DNA of 64,000 nucleotides from Somniosus microcephalus (lineage: Eukaryota). Below the pieces are notes generated by a model. That model was not told the DNA's origin and did not search any database. It saw only the letters and a list, made by a program, of their open reading frames with translations. The position numbers and the translations under genes are program-made. Of this stretch, positions 60,048 through 64,000 are shown piece by piece. Position 1 is the first letter of the stretch; every line of letters starts with the position of its first letter. The stretch covers positions 179,366,001 to 179,430,000 of the forward strand of contig CM126202.1 in assembly GCA_052327205.1 (NCBI GenBank), read 5' to 3'.

Positions 60048-61586
60048 TCAATTATGATTATCCAAATGTCCTGTTACTGTCTCCTTAATAATGGACTCCA
60101 AAATTTTACCTACCACAGATGTTAGGCTAACCGGTCTATAGTTTCCAGCCTTCTGTCTACTGCCCTTTTTAAATAAGGGTGTTACATTAGCAGTTTTCCA
60201 GTCTGCCGGGACCTTTGCTGAGTCCAGGGAGTTTTGGAAAATTATTACCAATTCATCCACAATCCCTACCGCCACTTCCCTCAAGACCCTAGGATGTAAG
60301 CCATCAGGTCCAGGTGATTTATCCGCCTTGAGTCCCATTATTTTACCGAGTACCACTTCCTTAGTGATTTTGATCGTGTTTAGCTCCTCCCCCACTATAG
60401 CCCCCTGTTTGTCCAGTGTTGGGATACTCATAATGTCTTCTACTGTAAAGACTGATACAAAATATTCATTCAGTGTTTTTGCCATCTCCATATTTCCCAC
60501 CATTAATTTCCTGGTCTCATCCTCTAAGGGACCAGCATTTACTTTAGCCACCCTTTTTCTTTTTATATAACTATAAAAACTCTTACTATCTGTTTTTATA
60601 TTTTTTGCTAATTTACTTTCATAATCTATCTTCCCTTTCTTAATCAATCTTTTTGTTATTTTTTGCTGTCTTTTAAAGTTTTCCCAATCCTCTATCCTCC
60701 CACTAGATTTGGCTACCTTATATGCCCTTGTTTTTAGTCGAATACTATCCTTAATTTCTTTACTTAGCCACGGATGGCTGTCTTTTCTTTTACACCCTTT
60801 TCTTCTCAGTGGAATATATTTTTTTTGGAAGTTGTAAAGTAACTCCTTAAATGTACACCACTGATCATGTATCGTCTTACCCTTTAATCTACTTTCCCAA
60901 TCCACTCTACTCAATTCCACTCTCATAGCTTCATAGTCTCCTTTATTCAAGCTTAGCACGCTTGTTTGAGATCCAACCTTCTCACCCTCTAATTGAATAT
61001 GGAATTCAACCATGTTATGGTCACTCATTCCAAGGGGATCCTTTACTAGGACATTTTTAATTAATCCTGTCTCGTTACACAGGACCAGATCTAAGGTTGC
61101 TTGCCCCCTGGTCGGTTCAGTTACATACTGCTCAAGAAACCCATCCCTAATACACTCAATGAACTCATCCTCAAGGCAGCCCTGCCCAATTTGATTTGTC
61201 CAATTAATATGATAGTTAAAATCCCCCATAATTATAGATGTTCCCTTATTACAAGCCTCAACTATTTCCTGATTGATACTCCGTCCAACAGAGTTGCAAC
61301 TGTTCGGAGGCCTATAGACTATGCCCACGAGTGTTTTTTCCCCCTTATTATTCCTTATCTCCACCCAAACTGTTTCATTATCCTGATCTTTTGACCCAAT
61401 ATCATTTCTCTGTATTACAGTGATTCCTTCCTTTATTAACATAGCCACCCAACCTCCCCTTCCTTCCTGCCTGTCCTTCCTGATCGTTAAATAATCTGGT
61501 ATGTTTAATTCCCAGGCATTGTCACCCTGCAGCCATGTTTCTGTAATGGCCACAAGATCATACCCATATGTAGTTATTTGTGCCAT
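60048..61586 (-). CDS. CR1 ORF2 AP endonuclease plus RT N-terminal fragment
   Basis: ITETWL, YRPP, GDFN, LDLV, SDH, KSPGPDG, NYRPVSLTS. Confidence 0.9.
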   Translation of the reverse strand: MAQITTYGYDLVAITETWLQGDNAWELNIPDYLTIRKDRQEGRGGWVAMLIKEGITVIQRNDIGSKDQDNETVWVEIRNNKGEKTLVGIVYRPPNSCNSVGRSINQEIVEACNKGTSIIMGDFNYHINWTNQIGQGCLEDEFIECIRDGFLEQYVTEPTRGQATLDLVLCNETGLIKNVLVKDPLGMSDHNMVEFHIQLEGEKVGSQTSVLSLNKGDYEAMRVELSRVDWESRLKGKTIHDQWCTFKELLYNFQKKYIPLRRKGCKRKDSHPWLSKEIKDSIRLKTRAYKVAKSSGRIEDWENFKRQQKITKRLIKKGKIDYESKLAKNIKTDSKSFYSYIKRKRVAKVNAGPLEDETRKLMVGNMEMAKTLNEYFVSVFTVEDIMSIPTLDKQGAIVGEELNTIKITKEVVLGKIMGLKADKSPGPDGLHPRVLREVAVGIVDELVIIFQNSLDSAKVPADWKTANVTPLFKKGSRQKAGNYRPVSLTSVVGKILESIIKETVTGHLDNHN

Positions 61587-62609
61587 TAACTCGTCTTATT
61601 TTGTTACGAATGCTACGTGCATTCAGATAGAGAACTTTCAAATATGTTTTGTGACACTTAGTTCCTGCTTTTGCCCTTTTTATTACTTTACCTTTTACTC
61701 CATACCTTCTGCCCCTTCCTGACATGCTCTGGTTTTTAATTTCCCCACTGCTACCTAAGTCTATGACCTTCTCTGTTGTCATTTTTATTATTTGCTCTCT
61801 AGGAACCTTCCCCCCACTAGTTAGTTTAAAGCCCTCTCTACAGCCCTAGTTATATGATCCGCCAGGACTCTAGTCCCAGCACTGGCCAAGTGAAGCCCGT
61901 CCCAACGGAACAGCTCCCTCCTGCCCCAGTACTGGTGCCAGTGTCCCAGGAAGCAAAACCCATTTCTCCCACACCAGTCTTTGAGCCACGCATTTAACTC
62001 TCTAATTTTATTTGTCCTAGCCAAATTCGCTCGTGGCTCATTATTACCCTTGTGGTTCTGCTTTTTAATTTGGCCCCTAGCTGCTCAAACTCCCTCAGCA
62101 GAACCTCCTTCCTTGTCCTATCTATGTCGTTTGTACCAACATGGACCACGACAACTGGATCCTCCCACTCCAAGTTTCTCTCCAGTCCAGAGGAGATGTC
62201 CTTAACCCTGGCACCGGGCAGGCAACACAGCCTTCGGGACACTCGCTCTCGGCTGCAAAGAACTCTTATCTATCCCCCTAACGATACTATCCCCTACCAC
62301 TACAACATTTCTTTTAACTCCCCCCACTTGAATGGCCCCCCGCTCCACGGTGCTGTGGCCAGGTTGCTCATCCTCCCCGCAGTCCCTGTTCCCATCCTCA
62401 CAGGGATGATTCCATCCCGGATATCCCAGGCAGAAAGGGGCTGTCTGGGTTGCATCCTTCCTTCTGCTTCCTCCTCTTCTGTTTCCCCCACCACCCTCTG
62501 GGTGAAAAAAGTTCTCCTCAACTCCACTTTACTCCAATTACTTTAAATTTATGCCCCCTGGTTAGTGACCTCTCTACTAAGTGTGCTACCAATTGAGCCA
62601 TGGCTGACA

Positions 62610-62968
62610 CTGAGAGGTGTTCAGAATTATGAAGGGGTTTGACAGAGTAAATAAGTAGAAACTGTTTCCACTAGCAAGATGGTCAATAACTAGAACATAC
62701 AGATTTAAGATAATTGGCAAAAGAACCAGAGGGGAGATGAGAAGAATTCTTTTTTACACCGCTAGTTGTTATGATCTGGAATACACTGCCTGAATGGGTG
62801 ATGGAAGCAGATTCAATAGTACATTTCAAAAGGGAATTGGATATATACTTGAAAATGATAAATTTGCAGGCCTATGGGGAAAGAGCAGGGGAGTGGAACT
62901 AATTGGATACCTCTTTTAAAGAACCACCACAGGCATGATGGCCTCCTTCTGTGCTGTATTATTCTATA
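62610..62968 (+). mobile_element. CR1 3' fragment ending just upstream of the last exon
   Basis: VFRIMKGFDRVN..; tail TTATTCTAT. Confidence 0.75.
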
Positions 62969-63003
62969 TCAACATAATCTTAATCTGCATGTTTTGTTTC
63001 TAG

Positions 63004-63185
63004 GTACATCTTGCAAACTGATCTCCAGTCTCACAATTACTGCAGCTTATTTCCTATATAAACCTCCACAGGTTGCTGAAGTTACAGAACAGATTGCTAA
63101 TGGTCCAAGTAGTCAATGGGGATTCCAGGACCAGGACCAGGATTTAACTCTGACTGATGGGAGAAATGTGTATACTGACCATTAA
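63004..63185 (+). CDS. SLCO4C1: SLCO4C1-like last coding exon
   Basis: tctag|GTSCKLISSLTITAAYFLYKPPQ..VYTDH stop; FLYKPP is typical of OATP4 proteins. Confidence 0.9.
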
Positions 63186-63627
63186 ACCTGTGCAATAATG
63201 AATATATAACAACATACTGAGGGACAAAAAATTCATTTGATATATTTTTCTTTCTTAAATATGACACGATTGCAAATTTCTGTCTTGGAGGGCTTATACA
63301 TGAAAATGTATGTCTACCATTTAAAACAAGCAATTATATTGATTTATGATGTGAATTTGGTCAATTGTTCGGGTCTGGTCGGGGGCCATCTTGTTTTTTT
63401 AAACCTTGTCCCCATTATGATTTTTTGATCAACACAAAACCTGGTGGAAATTGGGGGGAAAAAAGCATCCTTTTACTCCTGTATATGAAAGCATGTGAAA
63501 TGCACAAACTGCTATTGTAGGTACTGGACGTGCTCTGTGGCTATCTACAGAGCTGTCCTCTTAATGTTTCATGTGTGAAATAAGTGGCATCTAGCTTCTA
63601 TAAAGGCATCCTCCAAAAATAGTCTTT

Positions 63628-63727
63628 AATAAAATATATATGGTAAATAAATTGCCACATGGAATACACCTAGGAGTCCTTCAACAAATTAAGAGTACAA
63701 TACTATAGAAGTTGCATTTATAATAAA
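63628..63727 (+). terminator. Candidate polyadenylation signals
   Basis: AATAAA at 63628, 63646 and 63722 in the AT-rich 3' UTR. Confidence 0.4.
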
Positions 63728-64000
63728 TTTAATTGCTCACATTGTATTTCGGCTTTAAATATGACTTTTAAGTCAGCTTTGACCCCAATTGTCTCTTACA
63801 GCCCACTTTAAAAGCACATTAAATAATTGTCTCCTACAGGCTACATACTTTTATAACCCAAGCTTGGCAAAACCTAATTACCACTTCTTGCTTTACCTTA
63901 CCTAATATTTTCCTGTATTCTTTTCAAACTTTGTGGTGCCATGCACTGAGTGCCATGCCCTTTCACATAGCTGCCTTGATAATCATTTTTGTTAATTGGC

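Larger units (their letters stand above)
58605..62380 (-). mobile_element. Long CR1 LINE: ORF1 esterase part plus nearly complete ORF2
   Basis: SGNH motifs HVGTNDI and DGLHL (61821-62242); endonuclease LNARSI..ITETWL..GDFN..SDH; RT FADDTK; tail ATAAGAACATAAGAA. Confidence 0.95.

Overview
Vertebrate genomic window, probably a cartilaginous fish (inferred from the CR1-dominated repeat landscape and gene content). It holds the last seven coding exons of a + strand SLCO4C1-like (OATP4C1) organic anion transporter gene (22272-63185), all with GT-AG introns and matching phases. Upstream exons were not found and probably lie left of the window. Most of the rest is nested transposable elements: at least five PIF/Harbinger elements or remnants (intron-containing Myb/SANT gene convergent with a HARBI1-type transposase), many Harbinger-type MITEs, two full-length Gypsy LTR elements and one truncated one, two non-autonomous Helitrons, CR1 and L2 LINEs, Penelope fragments, tRNA-derived SINEs and a Y-RNA-derived insert. 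The most unusual structures: a one-LTR Gypsy fragment flanked by a 157-bp duplication and fused in frame to a Harbinger transposase segment; a 23x42-bp coiled-coil expansion in a Harbinger Myb gene; a CR1/Y-RNA/Penelope chimera; and Helitrons carrying promoter-like cargo. No clearly functional new system is demonstrated; these are leads. All family assignments come from recalled motifs, not database searches.
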